DNA of 62,325 nt, filler included, from Sphacelaria rigidula (GCA_964200075.2; 10 parts of 10 records of this genome joined end to end with filler, not necessarily neighbours in it); one strand, 5' to 3'. Positions 36,552 through 51,303 are shown, counted from the whole stretch's first letter. Numbers and translations: made by a program. Notes: a model not told the origin generated them from the letters alone.

Positions 36552-38831
36552 AGTGATGGTGCAGTTCGGTTGAGCATAATCCTATGAATGCGGGCAAGTA
36601 TGTTCTCGTCAAGTACCCCGTTTGTGCAGAGTATGCGGGGACGATCGGGAGCTGGATTTACAGCGGGGAGTAAGCGACGGGGACACGTACCAGGCGAAGG
36701 CGAAGAATCACGAAGCACCACAGTAGCAGGGCCGAAGCGCTGAGCAGTATGTCTTGTTTCGGATCAGGGTTGGGTTGACCCCGGCGAAGTGCAGTCGTCG
36801 AGCACACGCGTGTACCGTCGTAAGTTTAGGGTACAACCTGCAACACCGCAAATCTACTCAGAAACTGTGGCTGTACTATCCCGGACATCGTGGTGATCGT
36901 CCATCGATCGCACGGTTTGTCGGAACGTTTCCGTCGTCAGTATATTTTGTTCGGTGCTAGCTAGCTGTGCGGATCGCGTCTGTCGCTGTGCTGATCGTTC
37001 CTCTCGTTTGCCCATCGCACCCACGTATTCTAGTCCACTCGATTCAACAGCCACAGACTCACGCTCACCTCGACCAATTCTCTACAACGCAGGCCACGTA
37101 GAGCACCAGGAAATGTATCGGCCAGGATACACACATACAGTTGCCATAAGTGATACGGCATCTTCCTGACCGCAGCATTGGACCACCACTTCATTATACG
37201 CCAGTACACTATCCCATTTTTACTTTGTGCGGAGTCTTACAGGTGGATGATATAAAATGGACGGTCGGCGCTGAAACATGATAAAACAATGTTTTCGTGA
37301 GATTGAGAATCTTCGATACGATTGAGAATAGGGGTAAGGCAAGCCGTCAGCGGTCGGNNNNNNNNNNNNNNNNNNNNNNNNNNNNNNNNNNNNNNNNNNN
37401 NTTAATTAATTAANNNNNNNNNNNNNNNNNNNNNNNNNNNNNNNNNNNNNNNNNNNNTGCAGTGTGTTTACACACAAACACTACTCTTCACATGTAGCTG
37501 CGGGCGCAAGGTACTGGCGGAAAAAAGAACTGATTAGGTTGGGCGGGGAAATCGATCCCGGACCTTTGTCGTTGGACAACCTCTGTTTTACAGACGGGGC
37601 TACGCGTGGTAGTCGTTAAGGATTGGTCAAGTTTTTTGTACTTCTGAATTTTGGGGCGGCCCTCGAAGGTCCGTGTCAATAACACTGAAATCCCCCGAAT
37701 TGTTTTTAGAGGCACAAGTCTAGTGGAAATCTGAAATTTGGACAGCCGCTGCTGTTCGAAATACATGCAAATTCCAAACTTGAAATGGGGCAAAAAGGAT
37801 TCATTCGAAATAAATCCTAGTTCCAAACTTGGAATATAGTTGAGACAGGATTCACTTTGGAGAGCTTCAGCTGTACAGACAATCCCATATACACTGTATA
37901 TAGCAGATGGAATTTGTACACCACCAAGAACACCTGAAATTGGGTGGAGAAAGAACTTGCTCGCGAGCAGCTTCAGCTGTTGTTCAAGTCCTACATACTG
38001 CACGCAAGCTTTTGTTGTAGCTGATGTCATGATAATAGATCGCATTTGACCTCGCTCGTAGATGCGTACACCTGATGAGAACCCCGTAGTCCCGCGTCGA
38101 CGAAACTAACACAATATACAGGGGATGATGAACATCGATCTCATCGCATACTGCGTAATCAGGATATGTATTCACAACAATAAACTATACTGGACTGTAC
38201 AATACTATTGCATGCGGGACAATGCGCTATACCGCCGTGCTTATACGTGCGGCGCCATGTACTGCAGATGTCTGGCTAGAAATACAATGTGTAGATGCCT
38301 GCAGCTTATTTTGATATATGGAGCGGGTGTTATATACCGTCACGAACTCCAGTTTTTCACGCCCGTTCCACATCATATTTTTGCGCGCACAGCTGCTGCA
38401 GCACAGTGAGTAGGGCCTGAAAGGGAAGGGGAAAAGTATGCAGTACAGACAGCGCAGGACAATGTGTATATGTATGTTCTCTACCTACAGTGCGACGTGA
38501 AAAGGACTTGAACAACGTGCAGCATATCGTACGCGCGGCCTGTATATGCGCTGCACTACAGTATATATATGTTATATCGCGGTGCGTCCGCGATCCGCAG
38601 CATGCCTATGATGATGAGTGTGTATATGCATACCATCGGCGGCCGGTTGATTGTTGTTCTTCGCACCCGTGCTTGTATATACACACCCCGCGTATGTCGT
38701 CGCCGCGCGATGTCGCGACCATGAAAGAAGTAGGTGCTCAAGTTTCCACCAACGAGAAATACATCATATCCACCCGCACGGCAGTGTGTATGTGTCCATA
38801 TCCCTGTGCCCAACCCGTGCTCTTTGCTGCG

Positions 38832-38992
38832 GGGTTGTGGTGGTATAGCTGGGCGGAATAATAGCACTGTTCTGCGGGCGGGTGCGTTCATTGATGTTCG
38901 ATTTGTGTGTATCGGGTTGTGGTGGTATAGCTGGGCGGAATAATAACACTGTTGTGCGGGCGGGTGCGTTTATTGATATGTTCGATTTGTGT
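38832..38992 (+). repeat. Tandem duplication of an ~82-bp unit
   Basis: GGGTTGTGGTGGTATAGCTGGGCGGAATAATA...TGCGGGCGGGTGCGTT...GTTCGATTTGTGT occurs twice. Confidence 0.9.
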
Positions 38993-41897
38993 GCGGTGAT
39001 AAATATATGGAGTGATGGTCCACATATATACTGTTCATGTACGATTGATTAAGTGATATTTTCTAAACATGGTTCGTGTTAGTAGAGGACGGAAGACGGC
39101 GTTTTTTTAGAAATGTAAATAGATTGACGAGGTATACCCGATCAGCTGGCATCTTCCCACCTTCCCAGGAGCTTCAGACGAAGCACAGGTGTGGACATAC
39201 ACACGTATCAAACGTGTGGGATCTCCATTCAGCGAAAGCGGTTGATAGCTAATCATCCTTTAGTCCATGTACACATGGACTGGGGGGCAAAAGGATGAAT
39301 ACCTTTCAGCAACTTTTTCTGCGTGTCGGATCCCATGCGCTGGTAACGATGCAGTATGCGGGATTTGCCCAGCAGCTGACGCTACTCGTCATAAATATCA
39401 TTTTCCTCAATATCTGGATGAATTGGAGGGAAAATTAAATATTTATTTCGAGCTTCTTCTGCCGGTCAAATTCCGAATCTGCCAGTGTGCATGGGATTTG
39501 CACAGCAGAAGGAGCTGTTCGAAATAGATCCTTTTTCGCTCATCTCAAAAACGGGCGAAAAAGGGATCGATCTTGAACAGCTTCTTCTGCTGTTCTAAAT
39601 GAATCCTTTTCTTCGCCGAAATTAATTGGGCGAGAAAAGGATCTGTTTTGAGCTTGTCCTGCTGTCCAAAATAAATTCCTTTTCGCTCGATTCAAATCGG
39701 GTGCAGAGGAATTTACCTCGGACAGGAGGACAAGCTATTGAAGATATAAAAATTTACAGATTTTGTACCAAAATATTTGGAATTTTCAAACGTAAAACTT
39801 GATGTTTTCTCACCAAAACAATACCACATGACTGTGCAGGGCTTTGCTGACGTGCCTACACAGAGCTGCAAATCCAACCCTGGGGAAAACCCTATCGAAA
39901 CGCTGCCACGGGAACAGATTTTGCATTTCACTGTCAGGGTTTTTTCACAAAGACTGTGGAGGACCCTGCACGGACCCTGCACAGTGCGCCCCACAGGGTG
40001 CTATCTGTCCACATGTGTGGCTAGAGCGCACGCTAGAACGCTGGATCGAATCAAAGTGAGTCTCAATGGCTACTTTTTTTTGCCGTCGGGGCGCGCCCCT
40101 TATCAGCTGCAGAGACCCAAGAGTTGTCTGCCAAACTCGTGCATTTGCACAAGTACCAATGTTCCCACCCCGCGGGGAATGGAGGTACAGAGGATGCCCT
40201 TGACGTCCCGTCCTTTAGTTCAGCTCGAGTCGGCGCCTCACGGATCGAGTGGATAAAAAATGAATGTTGCGCGCGCTATGCGAGGACCAGTGTCAGTTCC
40301 GTCAAGATCCGAAGGTGATGGTTCACAGTAAAACTCGCCATACGTCGGTCGCGGACTTGAAGCGACGGACTTATGCACAAAGTACCGCTATCTCGCGTCC
40401 CCCCCTCCTCTGCTTCGCAGGGGATTGGATTCTGTTATCGGCTGAGTATTCCGCCCTTTCTCTACAGACGCGTTTGCTTTCGCGATGCAGATGATCATTT
40501 CTCACCCACCAATCATCACGGGACCCGAAACCGGGTAGTACGTACTTGAATGTTTTAGCTGTTTCGACGCGTTCTCTCGCGAGGGTTTGGAAGTACCGGA
40601 CTGCACGTCTCCGGGAGCGAAATCTGGGATTGCTGAGACGAGTCCAGGGCAATTTCGTTCTCCCCGTAGGGCCTCTTCGTGCGTAGTGCCTAACTCCTTC
40701 CGTCATTCGGATTTGGCAAGGGAAATCTACTACGAATTCAATGTCTCCCTGTTTCACACATATCTGGCTGACGCTGATTATACTACTCGCGCCAGAGCAC
40801 CCACGCCGCGATGATACGCCTCAAAGGTTTTGGTTGGACTGATGACCCTTCAAATCTTGGAATTTACATGCAACGTGAGTTTTCCGCGCAACAGACAGGG
40901 TGCTTTCAGCGAGGGGACGACCTGCCAAAGAAACCCTTTTGGCACTGGCTGTAATGCGTGAGAGAACCGCGTGCTTAGAGGGCCGCGCCGTAGTTCAAAA
41001 CACCTCAGGATCAACGTTTTTCAAAACCAGTCGGACCAGTCCCTGCAGGTACCACGCCCCTGACCCTAACCCAACACTAACCCTGACCCTTACCCTAACC
41101 CTGGGGATGTTTGATTTCCGATGCGGTTCTCTAAGCACGCGGTCCTCTCACGCATTACAATGACCCCAAAACAAACCCTGACCCTAACCCTAACCATGGG
41201 GATGTTCAAATCCCGATGCGGTCCTCGTAGCACGCGGTCCTCTTACGCATCACACTGGCGATGAAACAGTGTGTATTTCGAGGTGCTGTTTTTTTACCGA
41301 GGTGTAGTTGAGTTTGTACAGCTTTAACGTAAACCGACTAGCCCGAGGCGTGCTTTGTAGACTCGTATACAAGTGTGCCCCAGTGCAGCACGGGACTCAG
41401 TACATGGAAAACAGACAAGTGGTGCTGCGTCGTTGATATGGAGTTCAGCCACGCAAGTGCCAATTTTCGGTTGAGTGCACAGCGTTGAACACACGTAACC
41501 CATCGCGTCCCCTCTTTGGGCAAAATTATTCTGACGGCCTCGGGGTGACATATTTGATTCGCGCATGACGCATACTCGTGGATTCTTCTGTCACCTTTCA
41601 CTGCAAGAATTGTTGCCGTCGGTCTCTTCCGTTCCCATATTTTCGATTTTGTCAGGGCTTGACATAGGCGCCTGGCCCAGGGACGGAAGCGGACGGTTCC
41701 CAGAGCAGGGTAAAAAATATGGAACCCAAGCCATCAACATCGTGTCAGAGCATGATAACATTACACAAAAGAAAGCTATAGTATGTCGATCGGGGGGGGG
41801 GGGGGGGGGGGCGCGCAGAACCAGGACGCGCGGGAGCTCCGCCACCCGCGCGCTGCGAGAAGCGCNNNNNNNNNNGGTCGAGTAGGGGGGTGAGGGT

Positions 41898-41932
<35 letters not shown>

Positions 41933-42599
41933 CGGGGGACGTTCAAAACGTGAGTCGAGGATGATATCTCACGCTACCGCTGCGTAAAAGACGCACTCAT
42001 GAACGCCTGGATGTCAAAAAGGATTATAATATATCATGTTATATTCTACAGCAGCAATATCACCTGTGGAATGCATGCAATATGACCAGGGTCCCCGATC
42101 TGAGTGCTTTTCGCGGGCCCGTGAACATCAGTTTTCAGCGTTGTACGTCAGTGCAGCAGGGTACCACAAGCTAGGCGTAGCCAACGATGTATGTGGTGCC
42201 GGGTCCGTTCCCGTCATAACACGGCCGTCCGCACCGGCTACACATCACACGAGATATAGGAGAATAATACATATTCAACCAACCTTGCGCGCATTTCGAA
42301 GACGTTCCGGGCGCGGAATAACTGTATCACGAAACCGAGCCCGATGGGGATGAAGACAATCGCGAACACCAGCTTAAACCACGAAACACCTGTAGTCGTC
42401 GTCGCCGCCGCCGCAGCCGCCGCCGTTGGTGTGTCGACAACAGGGATCGAGCGCCAGCCCAAATTATGACGAGGACGATGGCCGTCAAAACGAACGAAGA
42501 GAGAGACATGAATAAAATATGCCTTCAGAATCTTACCGCATGCGAACAGTACTGCACGTTGTTGCAATATTGATTGTAGAGTACGTGGTGGCAAATATC

Positions 42600-42860
42600 C
42601 ACACCCTGGACAAACAAATGTTTAATACATGTGAGTCGATCATATTGGAATTTTGCGATATATTTCCGGCGTGATATATATTGATACCCTTGGACTGCAC
42701 ACGTATTGCGCGCCCAATATATACTGATGTCGTGTACTGCATATTGCACGACATATATATACATCAGGGTCGCATTAGTGAGAACATATTGACCTGTCAA
42801 TACATGTTGGGTCTGAGTCGGCGCCAATACCTTGGCCGGTCAATATATATGGGACATTGT
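42600..42860. mobile_element. Truncated copy (one terminus) of the CACACCCTGGACAA family; further fragments at ~25380-25625 and ~27225-27335
   Basis: CACACCCTGGACAA at 42600 is followed by sequence that is the reverse complement of the right part of the 13047-14713 element. Confidence 0.75.
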
Positions 42861-43796
42861 AACTATGGTGTACGCTTTGAGAAAATCCAGACGCGATGGA
42901 TGCCGGAGCCCGTGCAGATTGGGAAAAGCTTCAAAGGAAGCCGCAAAAGCTCGCTTGCATTGCTACAGTGAGTTGTCGAATGCGTTTGACACACATATAT
43001 ATATATATATATATGTACATATATGTTGGAAATTTACACAGCCAGCAATCTAGCTGTATATCTTTTGTGTGTGAGTTTTTACTCTGTGGCAGATTAGCGG
43101 GTCCACCCGTCTCGGTTCAACTAGAAGCCACCCAATATTGACCAACGGTTCAAATACTTTTTTTTCTGTAGATACTTGAGTTCAAGGTCCTGTCTTTTTT
43201 GCCACGTGAGCTTGTAGAAAAAAGCAGTATGCTGCCATAGTTTGAGGGTGCTGTAGCGTGAGTAAGATTCCAGTCTGTGAGCTGGCAAACCAACACGTCA
43301 GAGTCAAGGACGTGTTTTCGTCTACTACGTACGTGTAGAGCTTTGTTTTTTGTTCCAAGGATTGAGCAATTATCAGCCGATTTTGAATTTTGGGGTTCAA
43401 CACTAAAATGGGGCTGAAGTCGCATTTCTCTATTGCAGGGAAGATACGAAAGAGTAACACAGAGCGAAAGTATCTTCCCCCCCAAACTCCGCAGGAGGAA
43501 TTGACCGTCAGACCGCGAGAGTAGGTCACCTGCTGAATCGGCATCAATATCCACTTGGAAAAAGTACACGCGTGGTCCAGATGGACTACGGGCACCGCGN
43601 NNNNNNNNNNNNNNNNNNNNNNNNNNNNNNNNNNNNNNNNNNNTTAATTAATTAANNNNNNNNNNNNNNNNNNNNNNNNNNNNNNNNNNNNNNNNNNNNG
43701 GCCTCACGCTCGATACGAACTTCTCTTAGAGCTTTCATTCATGAAGTAAGCAGCTGCGGCCTGTACCTTCAGACATAGGCTACACAGCAAGGGTCA

Positions 43797-43857
<61 letters not shown>

Positions 43858-43990
43858 GCTGTTGTTGTTGCTGCTGCTGCTGCTGCCGCTGCTGTTGTTG
43901 TCTTCACATTAAATACCGTTCCGATATCTACGCAGTACTTTGTACTGGGCAGGTAGTATTCTGTACTGGGTATCTGATGCGGACGCCTTC
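43797..43990 (-). repeat. (GTT)n/(GCT)n microsatellite attached to a dispersed repeat (probable retroposon 3' tail); shorter copy at 20605-20675
   Basis: About 20 perfect GTT units are followed by GATATCTACGCAGTAC...ATCTGATGC(A/G)GACGCC, which is also found after (GTT)3 at ~20606. Confidence 0.75.
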
Positions 43991-46900
43991 TATGGTCACA
44001 GGCTAACTACCCCAAGCTAGGGCAAAAGAAAATCATGAAACACTGCGCGTGGCGCGCACAATCAGTACAAGAATAATGGAAAACAACGTTAGGACGGCTG
44101 ACAGCAGTTTAATTGTTGCATTTCGGCCCAAATGTTACAATAACAACAACCGCTTGTCTCCAGTCATCAGAGTAGACACGCCAGTAAACTTCCTCTACTC
44201 GCTGCTTCTCTGCAGTGCTTCCCTCCCACCTTCTGACTGGAATTGCGAGGTGAGATTGATACAGGCCCAATAAGCTATATGCTTTCAGCTGCGGAAGTAA
44301 TTCAGGTGCGACCAAACCCATTACCATGTACTCACCAGGCCAGCTGATCAAGTGTGCAGCACTAATGAGATGCTGCGTCTTCAATACCAGTACCATAGTT
44401 GTTGAGTTGAATACATCCCGGCGAGGTTGCTTTTCTTGCATCAGTCCATCTCCGTCCCATAAACGACCCTCTCTTGTCCTATGATCTCATGCCAGACCGC
44501 AAACTGCTACTGATGGGTGACCTTGTCGTGTGTTGCATACCTCTGCACCCTCGTCGTCCAACACGAAGAAATTGTTCCGAAACTCCAGGTGTCGTCACAC
44601 TGTTTTCATCTCCGTACAACCGTGAGGTATATGCGCCCGAAGCTCATACAGAGACAACAACATTTATCGGGATACGTGATTCGTCCACAAGTTATGTGTA
44701 GAGATCATTTCGCCTCCGCGCTGGCAACTTGCCAAAAAACATTATCTGTGGCGGGCTCGGTGATGGTGCACAGCAGGCGCGATGGTTTAACCCCTTCAAG
44801 GCCCCTGTCTGACGGACGATCAAATATGCGTCCTGCTGGCTGGCCGTCAGTGCAGATGGCGGTACTCACAATCGCAATCAATCACGAGGTTTCAAGTGTC
44901 CAAAGAGCGCACTTATTCTATGCGTACCTCACCCATCAGAGCAGTACAGTGCAGCAATGGTCGTGAAGCGCTGCATAGCCACCGCACGGCACGGTAATGT
45001 AAAGTGAGCCACTCTGCATCGAACCTTATCACCAACAGATGTCGATTCCAGCTGGAAGTCTTCACAGCAACAGCATGTCTTGGAACGCGGTGACCGAAAA
45101 CGAGCGTACGCAACATACAGACAGTACAGTGCAGGACAGTACAGAATATTAAACGGAGAGATGTGCCATCCGACGCCAGGTGTGCACCACCAGTTTGTGT
45201 GCAGTCATTACTGTCGGGTTGTGTCCCCCCATCACGCATCGGCCCGCTGTGGCTGAAAAAGGTAAAGCAAAGTGGCAGCCTTTGCCATTGCTGCGTATTG
45301 CATTTGTGGCGTACGCTTGGCTTACCGGATCTCGTAGCTGCTCGTTCGTGTTGATATATTCGACGGGTTGTGCACTGGTTGTGTCTAGGGAGGGATAGCT
45401 CGTTTTGGAGTCGGGTTTCGCACAGATGTTTTTGCTCCGAAGAACGGTAATGAACGAACCCAAGGGGGTTCGAAATGTTTCTGCACTAAAAACAAGTAAA
45501 ATATACGCCGAGGAGGGTTGATGTCGTCTGAGCACTTCATCCATGTCTTGTTCTTGCTCGCCTCTCAGCGGAATATCTTCATTCTCGCATCGGGGCATGT
45601 TCTCCCCGCATTCGTCATTCTCTGTGAGAGCGTGAAATGGTTTGCTCGTTCTTGGTCCTCGGCTGCTTGCCCTCCACCCTCTGGTGATTTGATTGGTCTA
45701 GTACCACCCAGTCATACGCCAAAAGAAAAAATCCGAAAAAACTCGCATATCATTTTGCCCTAATACGCACGCACACACCGCGCAACCCCAGATTCTGCAA
45801 GATGGGGTTGTTGTCTGTAGTCTACATGACATGTGGTCGAAGTTTCAGCACGTAAAAGTACTACCAGCGCTTGAACGGCCGTGTCTCCTGAAGTGAGCAC
45901 CTCTACAGGCGATCCCGAGAGGGGTACCGCGTAGAATGACATCATCCAGAGGTACGCAATACGGATCGATGTGTTCGTTTGCCGGGGCAGGAGCCACCCA
46001 GCAGGAAGTGAGTGTATCTGCGTGTCAACATATGCATCCACTGGCGTCTCACGCCGTCTACGCCGAGGGGACTGCGTTTTGAGGGCGTATCGATAGCATT
46101 GCCCAAAATCCGTAGTTTTCTTCGTTTACCTAGCGCACCACGTAAAACGTGCCGCCGCTCCGGGACTATGCTGTCTGTGTTGTGGTCTACCTCTGTGCCA
46201 AATTCCAGGCTGGTTCAAACAGACACGACGGAGAAATCCATAAGCAAAATAACCCTTGATTTATGCTGAAAATACAGTACTAAACCCTGTTAAAAGACGG
46301 TGTTGTGCCGGCCGTTCATTCGCTTTTTGCATTTTTGAACGCCTCTGCATCTCCATAGACGGTAACGAACATCGTGGGTTTTCGGGCTGTACGCTGCACG
46401 CGTAACCGCCGTATCTTCAGGGGAAAAGACAACACACGCAGCATACGTGACCGATTGTGAGAACGATTGAAACACACCGCATTTATGAGGGACCAAGTAT
46501 AGCCAGTACTTGGAAGAATATGGGGTTGCATGGGGCGAGAGAGGTCGGGATTTGTCGCTGCTTTGGTGTTGCTAGGGACGTGTGGTGTTCTGCTACACCG
46601 CTTCATATCTCACGAAGGCAGCACATACAACCTTGGGATTATCAGCCATCTATTCCGAGGATTTGCCGGATTCACGTGAAGCTCGTCAATGAGACACCTT
46701 GGTTGAATTTCGATGCTCTATCGGAAGAAAATGGCTTCATGATCCACTTGAGTTGACTTCCGTAAGAAGTGTACCTGAGCGGCTACAGTCTGAACACCGC
46801 TGTGCTGACATCACAAGCAGAAGTCACCTGCGCTGTCATTTCTTGGAACAAAAAAGATATGCACATGCTGTGCCGGCCCTGAGAACTCCAGTGCGAAAGG

Positions 46901-47245
46901 TTTGACGGGAAAAACACATCCCAAAAACGAAACAACGCCGTAGAAATCGCGCCACCCTGCAATTGTAGGGGCGTCGAATCGTAGGCGACGTACCATGAGT
47001 ACACAGCCCGCGTGGTACACGACTGCACAGTATTGTGCTGCCTTTTAAACGCGAATCCCCCCAATGATTCCGATAGAACAAAAAGCATCATAAAAGCAAA
47101 CAAATGGCATGATATCCGCCTTACGTGCAACATTTAGCGAGGAATATAGGTCGAAAGTATAGTACGAGGCCCAGAGGACTTGAATCCACCAGCAACAAAA
47201 ACAGAGCAATTGTAGAGTATTTCTCGTGGCGAGTAATGGCGAAGG

Positions 47246-48165
47246 TACGAGCTGGGCCGGCCATCAGTGATTTTCGAACGAAGAGTAGAGATGCTTTCGG
47301 CAATTCGATGAGTTAGGCGCTGAAATTTGGACACATTTTTTATCATCAATTTGCGCAATACTGTGAGGGGTGCAGAGGGACAAAAAAAACGAAAGTTACA
47401 GCGAGTTGAGGTTTCAGCAAAAACAGGCAAAATGCTATTACTTCCTCGAAAATTGATACAAACGATGACAACGCGGCGGCACATACGGGCGCTCGCGTCA
47501 ACCACATCCTTGTGAATTTTCAGCCAAAAATACGTGAAGTTGGGCTTCGGGTGGCACCTTTTGTGTGGGCCCGGTGGTCGAACTGATACCACAGCCTCAA
47601 AAGACACAGGTCACGAGTTCGAATCCCGACACGACAAGAACGTTTTGGTGTGCACACAAATCGTGCATACTCTCTCGTACCTCTGGGTTGCAAAGGGTCC
47701 CGATGTTTTGATGATGGTCTTGCTTCGGGGGGGGGTATAGCGCAGCTTCAAGTAGTACTTCTCCCTCGTGCGGTAGTACACGACAGTTGGCTCGGAAGTT
47801 CTCTCCCATTATGGAGCTCATGACGAGCTTGATGCCATCTTGCAGCACGACCAACATGCTTATGCCTGGGCATGTCAGGTGTGCGTGTGCCTATGCGGCG
47901 CAACGTTCTATCGTTATTTCACCGCATTTTGTGAAACGAAATGTCTCCAGACACACTATCGCACAAAGCATTGGGACGTACTCGGTACGCAATACGGTAC
48001 AATAATGTCATCGCCAAAAGTGCACCAATCGAGCAGCGGCGATGTCTTATGTCACCAGCTTAGTCCGCAGTTCACAGCGATATGCTCAGGTCGTGCTGAT
48101 TTGGGGAACTTGAAGAGTTGTGGTGACGACAGAGAATGCTGGGTTTACTCCCGGCCCAGCTCGTA
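47246..48165. mobile_element. TACGAGCTGGGCC-family TIR element; related partial copies at ~9735-10320 and ~19970-20321 in the opposite orientation
   Basis: Perfect 15-bp inverted termini TACGAGCTGGGCCGG / CCGGCCCAGCTCGTA. Internal segments match the reverse complement of 10230-10320 and 9740-9880, and 10021-10320 is similar to 20071-20321. Confidence 0.82.
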
Positions 48166-49941
48166 TCATAAACCATATACTAGTTCCAGAAAACCATTAT
48201 GAGGTCAATATGTTCTCAATATTTTCGGTGTGTCGAAGACGTGGGAAAATGTAAACGTGACAGAGCCCGTGGAAACTGAAAAAGGTACGGAGTACAAAAC
48301 ACGACTCTGTTTCATGTCATCACCAAACGAATTCACCTTACGTGCGACAAAAGTAACTAGCGAATTTGAAATTCATGGCGTGCAACTTCCTCACTTGAAA
48401 ATACAACGGAGCGAAGTTTTGTTCATCAAATATCCTGCAGAGAGGGAACGAATTTCGAATGCAGCGAGCGAAACCTAACACCTTGTAATGAAGAAAAACT
48501 TGCTCTGTTTGCAACTTCCTCACCTAGACATTATTTTTGTCCGTTCAATATTCTTCCGACAGAGAACGAATTTGAGCTCCAGTGAGTGAAATTTCATAAA
48601 ATGAAATTAAGTCAAGCAAGCGCAATTATTTTGACGTTGTCTGCAGGCAGGTTCAAATTGCCGCGGCTCCTGAAATGGTCGTTGGTAACACCTCTTCCCC
48701 CTGCTGCCAGATCCTCCGAAAACCAACCCGAGGATAGCGTCACGGAATACCCGGAGCCCCGAAGTCAGTTTCAAAGTTGTGACGGAACCGGAAATACTGC
48801 CCGACCCACGATATTGGTTTGAAATTCAGATGAGACACAAGTTGTGGTGGAAGGAAACGCTACGAAGCGAACCAGACGTTGAATAATATTCCCCGAACAG
48901 ACGATTATTCCCAAGGCTAACCCCAACCCTTGCCCCAGAGAAGGCAGGCCGTGCACCATCAGGTGTGGGGCGTTCCTGGGTGCCCAAGTGTCGGAGATAC
49001 CTCCTCGAGCGGTTCTGCAAGCATACATCGAATTTTGAAACCAAGAGCCAGAACTCGTGTTCCGCAGGTTCAAATTGTCCTGTGCTCAGAAAGAAGGTCC
49101 TCGTGAGGAGCGGGGTGGGCACTGTCAGCATCAACCACTGGCTTCACGGACCACCCCCCTCGGTGGATGAAGCCGCATCACGCACGAGATCTGTCACACA
49201 CATCTCAAGCAATTGCCGCTGAAAATAAGTCTGTAAACGCTAGAACAGGGCGAAGTTGGTGCAGGGTTCTCGAGATGCGGGCCGCACTGGGTGTGCATCG
49301 GTCTTGAACACAGATACAGAAAATACTGCTTGCCGTTTGTCGTTCGACACTGCGTACCAACCGCAGCAGCATCGCCTTGGAAGGTACTCCCTGCTTACTG
49401 CACAGCGGCAGGGTGCAGCGTGACAGAGCACACGGCAGAACGTCACCTTCTTAGCCTGTCCGTGTGCTGTATTTCCCCCGCTGTCTTATGCAGTTCGTCA
49501 CAGCATCAAGACAGACGCTTATACTGCGACTAAAGTGTAGTGCGTGCAGCTACCGACTACAAGTACGAGTATTGCGTAAATTGCAGCAGGAAACGGTTTC
49601 CATTTTCAGTCCAGTAAACGTTTTTGCACCGTATACGTACTGTGTGTGTGTTGTCGTCCCATTTATTTTGGGCACCAGTCTACACCTTTCGGTGTATGTG
49701 GGCGCATCAGCCGGGGTCACACAGGAGGAAGGGCAACACAGAAGATTTTTCTTTTCAATTGTTTTTCAATACCCCACCTTCCTTCTGCGGTGCTTGCCTT
49801 TATTTTTTTATCGCGAGAGGGGTTCAGCAGTCCCTTACCCTNNNNNNNNNNNNNNNNNNNNNNNNNNNNNNNNNNNNNNNNNNNNTTAATTAATTAANNN
49901 NNNNNNNNNNNNNNNNNNNNNNNNNNNNNNNNNNNNNNNNN

Positions 49942-51030
49942 GGGAAAGCACTGTTTTAGGCTTGAACCTCATCTCGGAGTTAAACCTCAATTCGCACAAT
50001 TTGTTATTTAAGTTATCTTTGCTCTCTCACTAGCGGCCAAGGCTACTGAGCACGTAGTTAAGGGTCTGCTAAAACTGTTCTTGACGCTCGGAACGCCCTA
50101 TTTCCTTTGAAGTGACGCTGGGGGGGAGTTCGCTTCGGAAGTAGTAAACCATGTATGCCATGTGGATGAAGATGGAACTGGATCATCGTCCCGCAAATCA
50201 CCTTCGCGATCAGGGCGCGGGGGAAATATACGGAGAGTGATTGCATGGCGTTCCAGCCGAGCTATGTAAGCAGTCTCTGGAATTGTGGGACGAGTATGTG
50301 CATCCCCTGCTGTATGGATTCATCATACTACTTCCGACCAGTCACTGCCGCATAACCCACGCGATTAATGCTACTTTTGAGCGCGAGCCTCGCACGCAAG
50401 TCGACTCTGTGTCACCTGTAGCAGAATCCCTACCGTCGAATAACACGGTAAAGCAACAGCTACAAAATTGAAGGACGTTCATGACCTGTAACCCAACGCC
50501 ACCGGCGTAGGGAAGAGGCTTACTATGTGAGGCTAGTTAAAGAGTCTGACGCTTTTTTCTGTACGAAGATGCACCGGCCAAATTAGTACACGACTTTGTG
50601 GACTGGACCGGGGACGGTGCAGCAGGTGGTGATACCAGGTCTCAATCTTGAGGTCAAAATGCAGGTGCGTAAAGTACAAGAGCGAACGATGTTCGCGGCC
50701 AACGTGAAGAAATTTCATGTGCGCTCAGAACAGCTGCAGCACTCATTTCCAGGCGAGATATTTTAGCTTGGCTGCGGGCATCACGTCCACGCCTCTACTA
50801 TATACTCTAACAAATAGGAAGGCAGTGCTGCGCCCAGGATCATCGTGAGTGCGGGAGCACCAACGGTTGTTTCACGACGGAGCTGAGCCACACTGGCTTC
50901 GGGATTGGGAAAGTTTCATTGAGTTACAGTTGGACGTGTTTCATGCCTTGTGGGAATTTTATCAACCGCAGACCAGGCCACATCCATCTGATACGCAATC
51001 TCGAGCAGAAAGGGGCTCAATTGCGCGGTA
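49942..51030 (+). pseudogene. Decayed Ty3/Gypsy LTR-retrotransposon integrase region
   Basis: Read across frameshifts and stops: KLFLTLGTPYFL*SDAGGEFASEVVNH, DHRPANHLRDQGAGE, AELCKQSLELWDEYV, FEREPRTQVD, KLVHD.WTGP and LQLDVFHALW. This follows the order of the rve core (SDxGxEF ... G.xE), the GPY/F-like motif and the C-terminal region. Confidence 0.8.
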
Positions 51031-51303
51031 GATTCGCCGAGGTACCAAGATCCGCAAACGGTTTACGGACAGCCCAGAGCAATCAACAGGAACAAGAGCC
51101 TCTCCCGACGGGAGGGGATCGTTTCTGTACGGTGTTTCAATTCCGTACGTGGTCTAACCCGGCAGAGCGGTCAACAAGATCAAGGACTTCTTCGGACTGG
51201 GTGGGGTCGTTTCTGCGGTGTTTCAATTCCCTACGTCGTCTGACTCGGCAGAGCAGTCAACAAGATCAAGGACTTCTCTGGACTGGATGAAATCGTTTCT
51301 GTA

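Noticed and set aside
41782..41938. Poly-G tracts as G-quadruplex elements
   Set aside because: They flank an internal 10-N gap (41866-41875), so homopolymer length and sequence are unreliable.
42238..42509. Small membrane-protein-like ORFs in two overlapping frames
   Set aside because: The hydrophobic segments lie in different frames, with no recognisable family or clear splice structure.
47567..47636. Functional tRNA gene
   Set aside because: A B-box is present, but the acceptor and anticodon stems do not pair, and it lies within a repeat.
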